64,000 bases of DNA from an uncultured virus (IMG/VR IMGVR_UViG_3300042691_055981) (IMGVR_UViG_3300042691_055981), one strand, 5' to 3'; shown: positions 38,933 through 48,949, counted from the first letter of the stretch. The notes: generated by a model from the letters alone, not told the origin. A program made the numbers and translations.

Positions 38933-39736
38933 TTAATATTTATTTCCTTTTTCTAAATTATCATACCACCACAGGGGTTGAAGATTAGTATAATTAAAGC
39001 ATTCTTTCTGTTGTTCTGGGTCGGATAAGTCAAATAATGAACATGGCTTAATATGGTCTATATGCCAACCTTTGAAACCATAATTATCCCAGTTCATGCC
39101 ATCTTCAAATTTTTCTTCTAAGTGTAATTTCAGAAAACTCAAAGTACACCCTATTAGTTTTTCGGTTGAATTTGATTTTTTATTTTTTGACAAAGCTTGT
39201 CTGATCCGACGGGACAAATTTTTCTTTATCTTAAAATCACAATTTTCAGCCCTGCATTTCGATTCATATAGTTTGCGTGTTTCTTTAACTTGCTCTTTAT
39301 TATTATAGTACCACTCAAGTTTTCTGTCAATTAAAGTTTCTTTGTTTTTTTCGTAATATTTTTTTGATTTTTCTTTAATCTTCTCTTTGTTTTTTTCGTA
39401 ATATTTTTTTGATTTTTCTTTAATCTTCTCTTTGTTTTTTTCGTAATATTTTTTGTTAATGTCCCTAATCATATCCTGATTTTCGAGCTTGTATTTTTTT
39501 GATTGCTCTTTTATTTTATCTTTATTTTCGGAACGATATCTTTCTCGATATTCTTTTGATTGCTTTTTGATTTTATCTTTATTTTTAGCACGATATTCTC
39601 TGGCTTGGGCGTTGATTATATCTCTTTTATTTTTTGCACACTCTCTTCTTTTTTCATTTATCAAATCTTTGTTTTTATCGTAATACTCTCTTCTTTTTTC
39701 ATTTATCAAATCTTTGTTTTTATCATCCATATTCAT
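38933..39736 (-). CDS. HNH homing-type endonuclease with 15-aa basic N-terminal repeats
   Basis: GMNWDNYG..WHIDHIKPC, FNYTNLQPLW..DN.EK; 45-bp DNA repeats. Confidence 0.85.
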   Translation of the reverse strand: MNMDDKNKDLINEKRREYYDKNKDLINEKRRECAKNKRDIINAQAREYRAKNKDKIKKQSKEYRERYRSENKDKIKEQSKKYKLENQDMIRDINKKYYEKNKEKIKEKSKKYYEKNKEKIKEKSKKYYEKNKETLIDRKLEWYYNNKEQVKETRKLYESKCRAENCDFKIKKNLSRRIRQALSKNKKSNSTEKLIGCTLSFLKLHLEEKFEDGMNWDNYGFKGWHIDHIKPCSLFDLSDPEQQKECFNYTNLQPLWWYDNLEKGNKY

Positions 39737-39853
39737 TCATTCAAGAAATACAACTTACGAACCTTCACTAAAAGAAAATTTAAAAAATTGCCAGGTATTT
39801 TTCAACCTGGCTTTAAACGCGGCCTAAATCACCTCCTTGGCCACGAAATCTAT

Positions 39854-40459
39854 TTATTGTTTTGGGCATACAGGAATGCCCATTAGTGTTTTTTCCACGA
39901 AATCAACAAAATCATATTCTGGGGGTAAAGGGGCACCAGACGCATACTCATTGACAAGAGATCTCAATCTGTCGATAGAAATTAACATAGAAGGCTCCAT
40001 CTCGGCAGCCTTATGAAATTCTTCAATAAGCGACTCGAATGAAACAACACCCTGCCGCCAGAGGTCATACACCTTGTTGAGAGCAGAATGTTGAATACTT
40101 TTACATGTGATTCTTTCCTGCATATTAGTAGAAGATCCAATCTGATCATCAAATTCTGGCACCGGGGTTTCTTGCCGTTGTTGTTTCTGGTGAAGCTCCG
40201 CCCTGTGAAACCTCAAGTATTGAAGCCATTCTATACCATTAGTGAGCATGTCAATGTCGTAGAAAACATTCCTTGCACTTCTAAAGCACAATCTTTTACC
40301 ATCAATCAAAAAGCCATTTTCATTATCATCGTAATAATTGTCTTTTTCCAAAGTTGCAACCCAATATGTGACGAAACGATCATCGGGATATTGGAAACGA
40401 ACATCGTAAATTCTAATTTTTTTGCCACAAGTGGTCAGACAAGATTTAATTTCTTTCAT
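39854..40459 (-). CDS. hypothetical protein
   Basis: Preceded by CGTATAAA-N5-ATG. Confidence 0.65.
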   Translation of the reverse strand: MKEIKSCLTTCGKKIRIYDVRFQYPDDRFVTYWVATLEKDNYYDDNENGFLIDGKRLCFRSARNVFYDIDMLTNGIEWLQYLRFHRAELHQKQQRQETPVPEFDDQIGSSTNMQERITCKSIQHSALNKVYDLWRQGVVSFESLIEEFHKAAEMEPSMLISIDRLRSLVNEYASGAPLPPEYDFVDFVEKTLMGIPVCPKQ

Positions 40460-40465
40460 AATCTT

Positions 40466-40837
40466 TTATACGTTTAGGTTTTTTTTGGTTTGACATTTTT
40501 CTGATGAAATTTTGGGGAACTTGTATTTTTTCATCAAAAAATCAAAAGTATCTGAATATAGACTTTTATACTCGTCACGCTCAAAAACTATTTCATTTTG
40601 ACAAAATATTGTTTCAATTTTTGAATTTTTGATTACAACCCAATACTTGTTGTCGTCATTTGCGTCTTCACAAAGACCGTCATAAACACCATCAGCGAAA
40701 CAAGTAGAAAAGTTTTTTTCAGGATTAACGTAATAGGGCACAGAATCTCCAATTTCGTAAGTTTCCAGCATATCGCCGCCACAGTATATTTGAATAAACT
40801 TATTATCGTTTGTTCTTACTCTCGTAAATAGACCCAT
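40466..40837 (-). CDS. hypothetical protein
   Basis: Preceded by CACAATCT-N5-TATAAA-N5-ATG. Confidence 0.65.
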   Translation of the reverse strand: MGLFTRVRTNDNKFIQIYCGGDMLETYEIGDSVPYYVNPEKNFSTCFADGVYDGLCEDANDDNKYWVVIKNSKIETIFCQNEIVFERDEYKSLYSDTFDFLMKKYKFPKISSEKCQTKKNLNV

Positions 40838-40869
40838 AATCTTTTATACGATTAGATTGTGTGAGAAGT

Positions 40870-41397
40870 TTAACTAAACTTAAAAAGTTTCAAATCTCCG
40901 CCCCAGCTTAAATGAATACCTTTTACTTTAAGTGTGTCATTGGTCAATTCAATGTCATTCACATCAAATGGCTCGCTGTAAGCTAGTGTCATATGCGGAA
41001 TAAAACTAGGAGAATCTTCGGGCTCAATGATATTAAGTTTATCCATACAATCCAAAATCGCATTCCTCAATACCTCAACCTCTGGAGCATTCACCGTGAA
41101 AACAAAAGGATTCTTGTCTTTATCTGAAAAGAATTTGGTTATTCCACCTAGCTTTAAATCAAACGGTTTGTGCTTTTCTGCCAATTTCTCTAAAGCTTTC
41201 TCGATGTGTGATTTGTCTTTTTTTAAATTCTTTAGTTCTCCGAGATACATCATTGTGACGTGGTATTCGTCTTTAGGTACTATTTCTTCTTTAGAAAGAT
41301 TGTGTTTAATCTTAAGAGAACTAATTTCTTTTGGAGAGAAACAAAGTGCGACTATAGCAGAATCATATTTTTTTTTAGAAAATCTATACCACATCAT
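40870..41397 (-). CDS. 2H phosphoesterase (2'-5' RNA ligase / Acb1-like)
   Basis: Two HxT motifs: YHVTMMY and FIPHMTLAY. Confidence 0.85.
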   Translation of the reverse strand: MMWYRFSKKKYDSAIVALCFSPKEISSLKIKHNLSKEEIVPKDEYHVTMMYLGELKNLKKDKSHIEKALEKLAEKHKPFDLKLGGITKFFSDKDKNPFVFTVNAPEVEVLRNAILDCMDKLNIIEPEDSPSFIPHMTLAYSEPFDVNDIELTNDTLKVKGIHLSWGGDLKLFKFS

Positions 41398-41433
41398 CTT
41401 GAATTTACAACTAAAACACTGGTTTACCTAAAT

Positions 41434-41853
41434 TTAAGCCAGTTCTTCTCTAACTTCCATTAGAAGTTTTCCTAGAAAATTCTCGCCCTTGCCGTTGCAA
41501 ACCCCCCAGAAAAAATCTTTATGAAAATTTGTTTCCTCCAAGTAAGCATCTTCGGTGGCAAGAAGTTTCTCAAGTAAATGAGGATTTTGAGAGAATTTAA
41601 GAATCAAAGCTCGTTTCATTACAATAAGCTTCTCTGTTCCCCAATCATCTTGAAGAACCACTGTCTTGCCTAGCTTCTTGGCTGAGAAGCCATTTAAACC
41701 TGAGAATCTAACTAAGTCTGAAGCTATCCCGCTTTTATGACCCATATAATAAGATTCAGTACATGAAAATGTAACCCCATTTTCTGAAAAAGAAGCGGGG
41801 AACATATTGCTTAAAAAAGCGTATTTGTCTTTAAATCCTTTAATTTCTTTCAT
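41434..41853 (-). CDS. NADAR (YbiA-like) protein
   Basis: FLSNMF, AKKLG, KFSQN, LLAT, FWG...GENFLGKLLMEVR. Confidence 0.9.
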   Translation of the reverse strand: MKEIKGFKDKYAFLSNMFPASFSENGVTFSCTESYYMGHKSGIASDLVRFSGLNGFSAKKLGKTVVLQDDWGTEKLIVMKRALILKFSQNPHLLEKLLATEDAYLEETNFHKDFFWGVCNGKGENFLGKLLMEVREELA

Positions 41854-42576
41854 TACTTTATACGTCCAGATTGTGTGGGAAGTTATTGAAATTTCTCCAA
41901 AAGTAGATGCTTATTATGATTGTAAGCTGATTCATGGTCTGAGTCTCTCCAGACATACAATGTACAAATCCATAACACTGTCCAAAATAACGCAAGTACA
42001 GATAGCCCCGCGATCACTAGAATCGGCCAGGTATCTCGCCCAGACAGTTTTGTTAAAAACGCAAAGACGAACATCATTACTGGCAAACTTATGCTGTGAG
42101 GATTCGACAACATGTATTGCGTAGTGAATTTCGCTGATATTTTACTTATTTTCATTTTTCTCCTTATCAAAATATGGATCACCAAATTCTTTGACATTCC
42201 AATTTTTAGTTTGCTCTCCGGTTCTCACGTCAGTTTTAACACCAGTTTGCAAATCATAATGATATCCAAGTTCTTCATAAACTTTCCAACTAATTTTAAG
42301 ATTCGTATTCATTTTTTCTCCTGATTATTGCAATCACCGGGATCTGAACAGTGAACGGCTCCAGTCTGTCTACATCCCACACAATAAAAATTGTATTTTT
42401 TCCTTTGATCTATAGTGAAATCAACAAGTTGCTTATGTGTGAAACAAGTTTCTGGTGAAGCACCATTCGCGTTTTTATGAGAAATAACCCAATCGTATGT
42501 ATCTCCATCATGTTGCCAAGTGGTGTAACCCATAGTGTTAAGTTCTTTCGAGCAATTTATTGCCCAGACTGTGTAT

Positions 42577-42939
42577 TCACTCATGTTCAAATTCCTGTAT
42601 CATTCTAATGGCCTCTCTTGTGTTTTCAGTTAACTTAGGCGGTGTAGTTGTAGCAAGAAAGCCTACAGTCCAATCATCAACATCATTATAAATGTCTGCC
42701 TTTTCTGTTAACCAATAACACGGGAAATGCCTGTAAGTATCATGCCATTCAGAATATTCGCTGTCCCATGTTATATGCCGGAGAACAATTTCACAATCTA
42801 TTGTGAAAACAAACGCCGTGACATCATCAAAATTTCCAAGCTCCATCCAACCGTCTTTCATGAGCAGACTTTTTGCTTGCTCCATCATCAATTGAAACGG
42901 AGTGGGATTAAGATTATGTAACTTAAGATTGTGTTTCAT
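42577..42939 (-). CDS. hypothetical protein
   Basis: ORF track; start after AAGGAG SD. Confidence 0.55.
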   Translation of the reverse strand: MKHNLKLHNLNPTPFQLMMEQAKSLLMKDGWMELGNFDDVTAFVFTIDCEIVLRHITWDSEYSEWHDTYRHFPCYWLTEKADIYNDVDDWTVGFLATTTPPKLTENTREAIRMIQEFEHE

Positions 42940-43306
42940 TTTTCTCCTTAGATATATACTCAATCCCTCGAACTGTTTCAGCCCAATTTTTCATTTTTTC
43001 CACTTCTTTTTTTGAAAGCCAGAATTTCCTCCGATTTTGAGAAACACAGCCATCGAAAAAAGTCTGAACAAAGCCAAAAGGCTTTCGCCGTCTGAAAACA
43101 GATTTACTCACTTGAGTGCAGACGATGACAGTGGCACCAAGAAGCCCTTTTCGCTCGTCTAAAAAAATATCTCCTTCTTTAATCATACCCTCCCACAATC
43201 TTAACACAGTTGTTTTGACTCTAAAAACCATATAAAATCAAATATAGCATAACCACTGACGAGCCACTCTCCAATATAATGCGTCCAACATTTCCTTTGT
43301 CACGAT

Positions 43307-44559
43307 AGTAGTGGCAAGGAAACCAACGACTTTAGTCGTTGGAGGAATTGCCTTCAGAATATTATACGATCAAAATCCGACAAATGGAAAAAATATTTTT
43401 AAAAAAGAAGGTGAAATTAAATATAATATATAAACACATATAGTGAAGAAAACTTTGAAAATTAAACTAATAACGGATGATTTTCAACATCGTGCTCTTT
43501 TGAGCACGATGAATGTGTTCAATCAAATTTGTAATGATTTTTCAAAACAAGGTTTTGAAAATAATGAATTAAGAAAAAATCAATTACAAAGAATAGTTTA
43601 TCATCAATCTAGATTAGATTATCCTAATTTTTCTTCACAACTAACTATTAGGGCAATAGATGTTGTTAGCTGTTCTTATAAAATTAAAAAAGATAGACAT
43701 AGACCGAATGGCTTTAAAAAGACATCAGCGGTTGTGTATGATGAAAGAATACTTAGTTTTAAAGATAATACAATAAATATCTGGACCACCGAAGGTAGAT
43801 TAAAAATACCTATCATTATATATAACAAAAAGCTATTTAAACTAAGAAAAGGTCAGTGTGATCTAGTTTTAAGTAATAGTAATTTTTATCTAATGTGTAC
43901 TATAGATTTACCAGAACCTGAATTAGTTGAAAGCAAAGATGTGATTGGAGTGGATTTAGGAATAAATAAGATTGCTACAGCATCCGATGGAACTGTGTAT
44001 AGTGGTGATCAGATTAAGAAGAAAAGACAACAATTTCATGATCACAGATCAAGATTGCAGAAATGCGGTACACGATCTGCAATTAGAAGAATTAAGAAGA
44101 TAGGAAATAAGGAATCAAGATTCAGAAAAGATGTGAATCATTGTATTTCAAAGCAATTAGTGGAGAAAGCCAAAGGCAATCTGTCAGCTTTAGCTCTGGA
44201 AGAGCTAAAGGGTATTAATAACAGAGTATCGGTCAGGAAATCTCAACGAAATGAAAGATTAAGTTGGTCTTTTTATCAGCTTAGATCATTTATAGAATAT
44301 AAAGCTAAAGAAGCTGGTGTTCAGGTATTGATAGTACCTGCTCCATATACTTCTCAGACTTGTGCAGATTGTGGACATTGTGAGAAGAAAAATAGAAAAA
44401 GTCAGTCTTACTTTAGTTGTATGAAGTGTGGGTTTAGTATGAATGCTGATCTGAATGCTTCTAAGAATATTCGAAATTTAGGGTTGCAGTCAATCAACCT
44501 ATTGTTCGCCGCTCACGCGGCTTGTAACAAGCCAACGACTTTAGTCGTTGGTAGTTGAC
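43307..44559 (+). mobile_element. IS200/IS605-family element, tnpB only, copy 2
   Basis: Same ends as copy 1; removal restores a continuous minus-strand ORF. Confidence 0.88.
43443..44558 (+). CDS. tnpB: RNA-guided endonuclease TnpB
   Basis: GTG start; RuvC D-E-D triad and zinc finger intact. Confidence 0.95.
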   Translation: MKKTLKIKLITDDFQHRALLSTMNVFNQICNDFSKQGFENNELRKNQLQRIVYHQSRLDYPNFSSQLTIRAIDVVSCSYKIKKDRHRPNGFKKTSAVVYDERILSFKDNTINIWTTEGRLKIPIIIYNKKLFKLRKGQCDLVLSNSNFYLMCTIDLPEPELVESKDVIGVDLGINKIATASDGTVYSGDQIKKKRQQFHDHRSRLQKCGTRSAIRRIKKIGNKESRFRKDVNHCISKQLVEKAKGNLSALALEELKGINNRVSVRKSQRNERLSWSFYQLRSFIEYKAKEAGVQVLIVPAPYTSQTCADCGHCEKKNRKSQSYFSCMKCGFSMNADLNASKNIRNLGLQSINLLFAAHAACNKPTTLVVGS

Positions 44560-44700
44560 GATCAGATCTCGTTTTTCTCTGAAGTATTGCTGTGCTCTTT
44601 CGAGACTAATGCCACCATCTGCGTACCGCGTGACAAATCTTTCGTCCATTGCACTTAATTCAATATTTGATATATCTGTTTCCAATTTCAAATTTGCCCC

Positions 44701-45375
44701 TCAATAATTCCAAATATCAATCGTTTTTTGTGCATCTTCCTTTGAATCGAACTTTCCTGGTTGATTAAACCCATTTGAATCCACAATATACCAATAGGGA
44801 TCAAAATTTGGATCCCCCCGCCGATTATTATAAAGAATTTCATAAGTAACTGGGGTATTCCATTCATCTGCCCTAGAGGAGCAATCTACTTTATCTCCCT
44901 CTCTGAAGGGCAGACCCTCGGGTATCTTCACGGCATAAAAACCGCGAGGCGATGCATGACCGTGATTATCAACAGTATGAGTCTCAATAAATACCACCTC
45001 TCCGGTGAACTTAACAGGTTCTTTCTTTTTAACTTTAAGACATTTAATCCCAAGGATGTCAAAATCCAGTTCTTCAAAATCCGACCAGCGATCAAACTCA
45101 AATCTTAAAGAAATTGATCCTGGTTTTTTGTGTGCAGTTCCCCCTGGGATACTAAACATTTTATCTTTAATTGAAAAAAATGTAGCTTCTGTTAGATCAC
45201 ACTCAATGAAATCTAGTTGCGATAATGGTGGTGTTGGTTTCATATTTTTTTCTGAATCTGTTAATATAGCTGTTTCGCGGAAAATCTTGGCGGCTTCTTT
45301 GAATTTATGATCTGGCCATTTTCTGGAAGATCGCTCTGCTATTGCAAATTGTCTTTCTATACCATTCTTTCTCAT
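44701..45375 (-). CDS. hypothetical protein containing a family-B-like segment
   Basis: FDILGIKCLK...EPVKFTGEVV. Confidence 0.6.
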   Translation of the reverse strand: MRKNGIERQFAIAERSSRKWPDHKFKEAAKIFRETAILTDSEKNMKPTPPLSQLDFIECDLTEATFFSIKDKMFSIPGGTAHKKPGSISLRFEFDRWSDFEELDFDILGIKCLKVKKKEPVKFTGEVVFIETHTVDNHGHASPRGFYAVKIPEGLPFREGDKVDCSSRADEWNTPVTYEILYNNRRGDPNFDPYWYIVDSNGFNQPGKFDSKEDAQKTIDIWNY

Positions 45376-45748
45376 ATTTTAATTTACGATCAATTATCTG
45401 TTTTTAAGCAAGAAATTAAGCAAAGAATTGTGCCAAGTGTCAAAAACATAAACCCAATCTCAACAATAAATATCTTAACGTGTGTGAGAAATGAAATATA
45501 CAAGAATATCATCCCTAAAATTAAGAAAAGAATGCCGAAAACGTCAGTTCTGAACTTCACGGATGTAGTCCCCAACTTCAGTGGTGACACCATTATTCCA
45601 TGAAAATTCCCTAGCGGATTGAAGATTTCCAAATCTATGCTCAGTCACCCCAACACAATCTTCAAGAAATGAATCTGCGTATTTTCTAACGAAAACAGAC
45701 CATTGATTAACCCCAGTTTGAACGGGGAGTTGATAGTTGTAGTGCTTC

Positions 45749-46195
45749 TTAATTTTCATCATGATTAAATTCCTCTTCCCTATCAACAATCTCCGTGGTC
45801 GGCGTATAAGGGAATTCAACAGGCACGAAGCTATCTGAGCTTGTCCATGTGCTACCGTCCGGATCTCTAAAAACTTTCCCATTAATATCGTATGCCTGTC
45901 CGTTGAATCTATCCGCTTGTTTGAACAAGCCGCTATATCTTTTGTTCTGGAAACAGCCGTCGGAACACTCAAACCACTCGTTGTCTTCACCTGACAGAGG
46001 CGTGATAGGCTTAAAATTTGCAAGCTCCTTAAATAACCTCAAAGCCCAAGAAGCAGAAAAACCAGAGTGACCCTGCTCAGAGAAAACCTCGATAAGCTTG
46101 AGTACATCTTCGGCCATGGCTTCATTCATTACATCGCCATCGAAATAACCAGCGAATTCAAGTTCTGATTTTGCGAAATCAAGTAAATTACTCAT
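45749..46195 (-). CDS. conserved phage hypothetical protein (FSEQGHSGFSA...PL.G...EW...QNKR)
   Basis: Recognisable motif; CACAATCT-N5-TATAAA-N6-ATG upstream. Confidence 0.75.
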   Translation of the reverse strand: MSNLLDFAKSELEFAGYFDGDVMNEAMAEDVLKLIEVFSEQGHSGFSASWALRLFKELANFKPITPLSGEDNEWFECSDGCFQNKRYSGLFKQADRFNGQAYDINGKVFRDPDGSTWTSSDSFVPVEFPYTPTTEIVDREEEFNHDEN

Positions 46196-46444
46196 TGTTA
46201 TTTTATACGATCAGATTGTGTTAGGAGTTTCAGGAAAACTTAGTCCATTTTTTTCCGCATCTCAAGCAATGAAAATCACACCACCAACAATCGTCATTTC
46301 GATCCCAGTTTCCTGTATCTGATCCTGGCTTCTTAACAAGATCTTTCTCAGGATGAGGGCATTTTTCTTGAATTTTGAAGATTTTTTGATCTATTACAAC
46401 TCTTTCTTGAAATAATTTTTCGATTGATGGTAGCATGGTTTTTC

Positions 46445-46786
46445 TCATTCGTCTTCTCCGTCTACACTGATTAAATCAAAGAATTTTTGTCTCTCAGCTG
46501 GAGTTTTAGAAAGAAGAAATTTTCTTTGCTCGCTCCCATCCAGATTTAAAAATTTTGACTCATCCACCCAATCTTCGTCATTTGGGTTTTGAAAATCCAT
46601 CCCGCACACAATCTCGCCGCCATTTGCGATATGTTCTCGCACCATCTTAACCAATTCTTCCTCAGTAAGATCACTATGAGCTTCAAAACTAAGCTTAACC
46701 GTGGCATTAACTTTAAGAAGCACACGATCAAAAAGATCAGGATGTTTTGCGAAAAACTCGTCAGAATGCTCTTGATAACTATTCAT
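46445..46786 (-). CDS. hypothetical protein, leaderless start
   Basis: ATG at the last promoter element. Confidence 0.75.
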   Translation of the reverse strand: MNSYQEHSDEFFAKHPDLFDRVLLKVNATVKLSFEAHSDLTEEELVKMVREHIANGGEIVCGMDFQNPNDEDWVDESKFLNLDGSEQRKFLLSKTPAERQKFFDLISVDGEDE

Positions 46787-47025
46787 ATCTACATTATACC
46801 TTCAGATTGTGAAAGATGGAAAAACGCTCCTGGCCTACGAGAGTTAGCAATTCTCCGCAGCACCAGGCTTTTCAGCGTTAATAGATATACGATATTCAAA
46901 CATAAAAAGTTCTAATTCAAAGACGTTTTACACTTGATGGCACCACGCTCAAATAACTTAAGTGTCTTTCGTTTAAGTATGAAAAAAAATGAAACTTTTT
47001 TGAAATTTGATTGTATATTAATAGT

Positions 47026-48891
47026 ATGGCAAAAAATTACATAATCGGAATTGATCTTGGCACGACCAACTCGTGCGTTGCTGTTATGGAGGCTGGAGAA
47101 GCCAAAATAATTTCGTCGTCTGAGGGTGGGCAAACCACACCATCTGTCGTTTCTTGGAAGAAAGATGGAGAGAGGATTGTCGGGGTATCTGCGAAGCGAT
47201 CTTCGATCCTTAACCACCAAAACACAATCTCATCAGTTAAGCGATTCATGGGGCACAAGTATGATGAAGTGGCTCAAGAAGCTAAAAAGGTAACATATTC
47301 TGTTAAGAAAAATAAGAAAGGATTAGCTGTTATTGAAATTCCAGCCGTGGGTAAAGAATTCACCCCGGAAGAAATCTCAGCTGCAATCCTTCAAAAGATC
47401 AAAGCTGATGCTGAAAGTTATCTTGGAGTAGAAGTGAGCAAGGCTGTTATTACAGTGCCCGCTTACTTCGATGATTCACAAAGACAAGCCACGAAAAATG
47501 CCGGAGAAATTGCTGGCCTTGAAGTGGTGAGGATTATCAATGAACCCACCGCTGCCGCTCTTGCATATGGTGTTAGCAAGGACAAAGAAGGGTACATCTT
47601 AGTGTTTGACCTTGGAGGCGGAACATTTGATGTCTCGGTTCTTGATATTGGCGATGGCACTTTCGAAGTTCTTGGAACAAGCGGCGATTCACACCTTGGT
47701 GGTGACGACTTTGATAATAAAATTTCAGATTGGGTTGTTACTGAAACACTTAAAAACACTGGAGTGGATATTTCAAAAGATAATGCTGCGATGCAAAGAG
47801 TTAAGGACGCGGCGGAAAAAGCTAAGATTGAGCTTTCTACGCAAGTCACCACATCAATCAATCTTCCATTCATTACAGCTGTAGATGGAAATCCAGTTCA
47901 CGTTGATCTTGAGTTGACAAGGGCGAATTTCGAAAATATGGTTAAGGATTTGATTGAAAGAATTAAGCAACCAGTTCTCACGGCTCTTAATGATAGTGTA
48001 AATGATAAATCGAAGATCAATGAGGTTATCCTGGTTGGTGGAAGCTCGCGGATTCCATGCGTTCAGGCTCTGATCAAAGAGATCACAGGCCTTGAGCCAT
48101 CTAAGGGAGTTAATCCAGATCTAGCTGTGGCTCTCGGAGCGGCTGTCCAGGGTGGAATTCTTGCGGGCGATGTTAAGGATATTATCCTTCTCGATGTCAC
48201 GCCACTTAGTTTGGGTGTGGAAGTTAATGGAGGAATGGTTGATGTTCTTATCCCTAAGAATACTACTATTCCTACTCAGAAGAAAAGTGTGTACACCACT
48301 GCTGTAAACAACCAGACAGAAGTTACAATTCACATCCTCCAGGGTGAACGCCCTATGTCCAAGGACAATAAAAGTATTGGAATGTTTAATCTTTCTGGGA
48401 TTGCTCCCGCACCTGCCAGAGTTCCTCAAGTTGAGGTTGACTTCTCGCTTGATGCTAATGGCATCTTAAGTGTTAAAGCGAAAGATCTTGGAACTGGAAA
48501 AGAGCAATCAATCACCATCACACAATCTTCAAACCTCGATCAAAGTGAAATTGATCGAATGGTCAAGGAAGCAGAAGAATATGCTGAAGCCGACAAGGAA
48601 GCTAAAGATTTTGTTCTGCTGAAGAATGAAACTGAAATGCTATGTTCCAGCATTGAGTCAACCATCGAAATGGCAAAAGACAAGGCTGAAGACAGTTTGA
48701 TTAACGATGTGCAGGTGGCTTTGGACGCAACGAAGGAAGCATTAAAAGCTAATGAAAAATCTGAAATCCAAACTGCTAAAGAAAATCTGCTTCAGGTTTC
48801 GCATAAGCTTTCTGAGGTTCTGTACAAGAATGTAGCTGAATCTACTCCGTCTGACGAGGAAGTTATCGAAGCGGAAGTGGCGGAAGCCTGA
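47026..48891 (+). CDS. dnaK: chaperone DnaK (Hsp70)
   Basis: GIDLGTTNS, ITVPAYF, INEPTAAA, DLGGGTFDVS, LVGGSSRIP, LLDVTPLSLG; TATATT-N6-ATG upstream. Confidence 0.98.
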   Translation: MAKNYIIGIDLGTTNSCVAVMEAGEAKIISSSEGGQTTPSVVSWKKDGERIVGVSAKRSSILNHQNTISSVKRFMGHKYDEVAQEAKKVTYSVKKNKKGLAVIEIPAVGKEFTPEEISAAILQKIKADAESYLGVEVSKAVITVPAYFDDSQRQATKNAGEIAGLEVVRIINEPTAAALAYGVSKDKEGYILVFDLGGGTFDVSVLDIGDGTFEVLGTSGDSHLGGDDFDNKISDWVVTETLKNTGVDISKDNAAMQRVKDAAEKAKIELSTQVTTSINLPFITAVDGNPVHVDLELTRANFENMVKDLIERIKQPVLTALNDSVNDKSKINEVILVGGSSRIPCVQALIKEITGLEPSKGVNPDLAVALGAAVQGGILAGDVKDIILLDVTPLSLGVEVNGGMVDVLIPKNTTIPTQKKSVYTTAVNNQTEVTIHILQGERPMSKDNKSIGMFNLSGIAPAPARVPQVEVDFSLDANGILSVKAKDLGTGKEQSITITQSSNLDQSEIDRMVKEAEEYAEADKEAKDFVLLKNETEMLCSSIESTIEMAKDKAEDSLINDVQVALDATKEALKANEKSEIQTAKENLLQVSHKLSEVLYKNVAESTPSDEEVIEAEVAEA

Positions 48892-48920
48892 GCTGGTTAA
48901 AAACTGAATACAGTTTTTTG

Positions 48921-48949
48921 AAAGAGAGTGCTTGCACTCTCTTTTTTTT
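48921..48949 (+). terminator. intrinsic terminator after dnaK
   Basis: AAAGAGAGTGC-TT-GCACTCTCTTTTTTTT. Confidence 0.85.

Larger units (their letters stand above)
43238..44691 (-). pseudogene. small gene split by IS copy 2
   Basis: Joining 44560 to 43306 gives ...REKRDLI|IVTKEMLDALYWRVARQWLCYI*. Confidence 0.6.
1130..46821 (-). promoter_or_regulatory. dispersed 38-bp promoter-plus-start repeat, consensus TTCCAT-CTCTCACAATCTGAAGG-TATAAT-GAAGAT-ATG (33 copies, all minus strand)
   Basis: On + strand cat-N6-attata-ccttcagattgtgagag-atggaa; CAT begins at 1130, 1706, 3512, 4653, 6886, 7367, 8785, 9452, 10259, 11095, 12279, 13229, 13416, 14981, 15362, 16653, 17442, 17881, 19258, 19989, 20981, 22788, 24186, 27318, 28157, 29215, 30071, 32473, 32966, 35131, 36390, 37494, 46784; degenerate copies at 14393-14421 and ~58262. 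Confidence 0.9.

Noticed and set aside
30145..44559. TnpB as Cas12f, IStron or nuclease-dead TldR
   Set aside because: No CRISPR array, no intron-sized extra sequence, insertions are antisense to host genes, and the RuvC triad is intact
1130..46821. 38-bp dispersed repeat as a CRISPR array or attC sites
   Set aside because: Spacing is gene-sized and irregular, no cas or integrase gene is present, and the core is non-palindromic with -35/-10/ATG geometry
46840..46875. CIRCE element upstream of dnaK
   Set aside because: Only a partial TTAGCA half-site; no matching inverted half
6826..46915. Many short + strand ORFs containing IIPSDCERWK or LYLQIVRDGK
   Set aside because: Antisense translations of the promoter repeat, not a protein family
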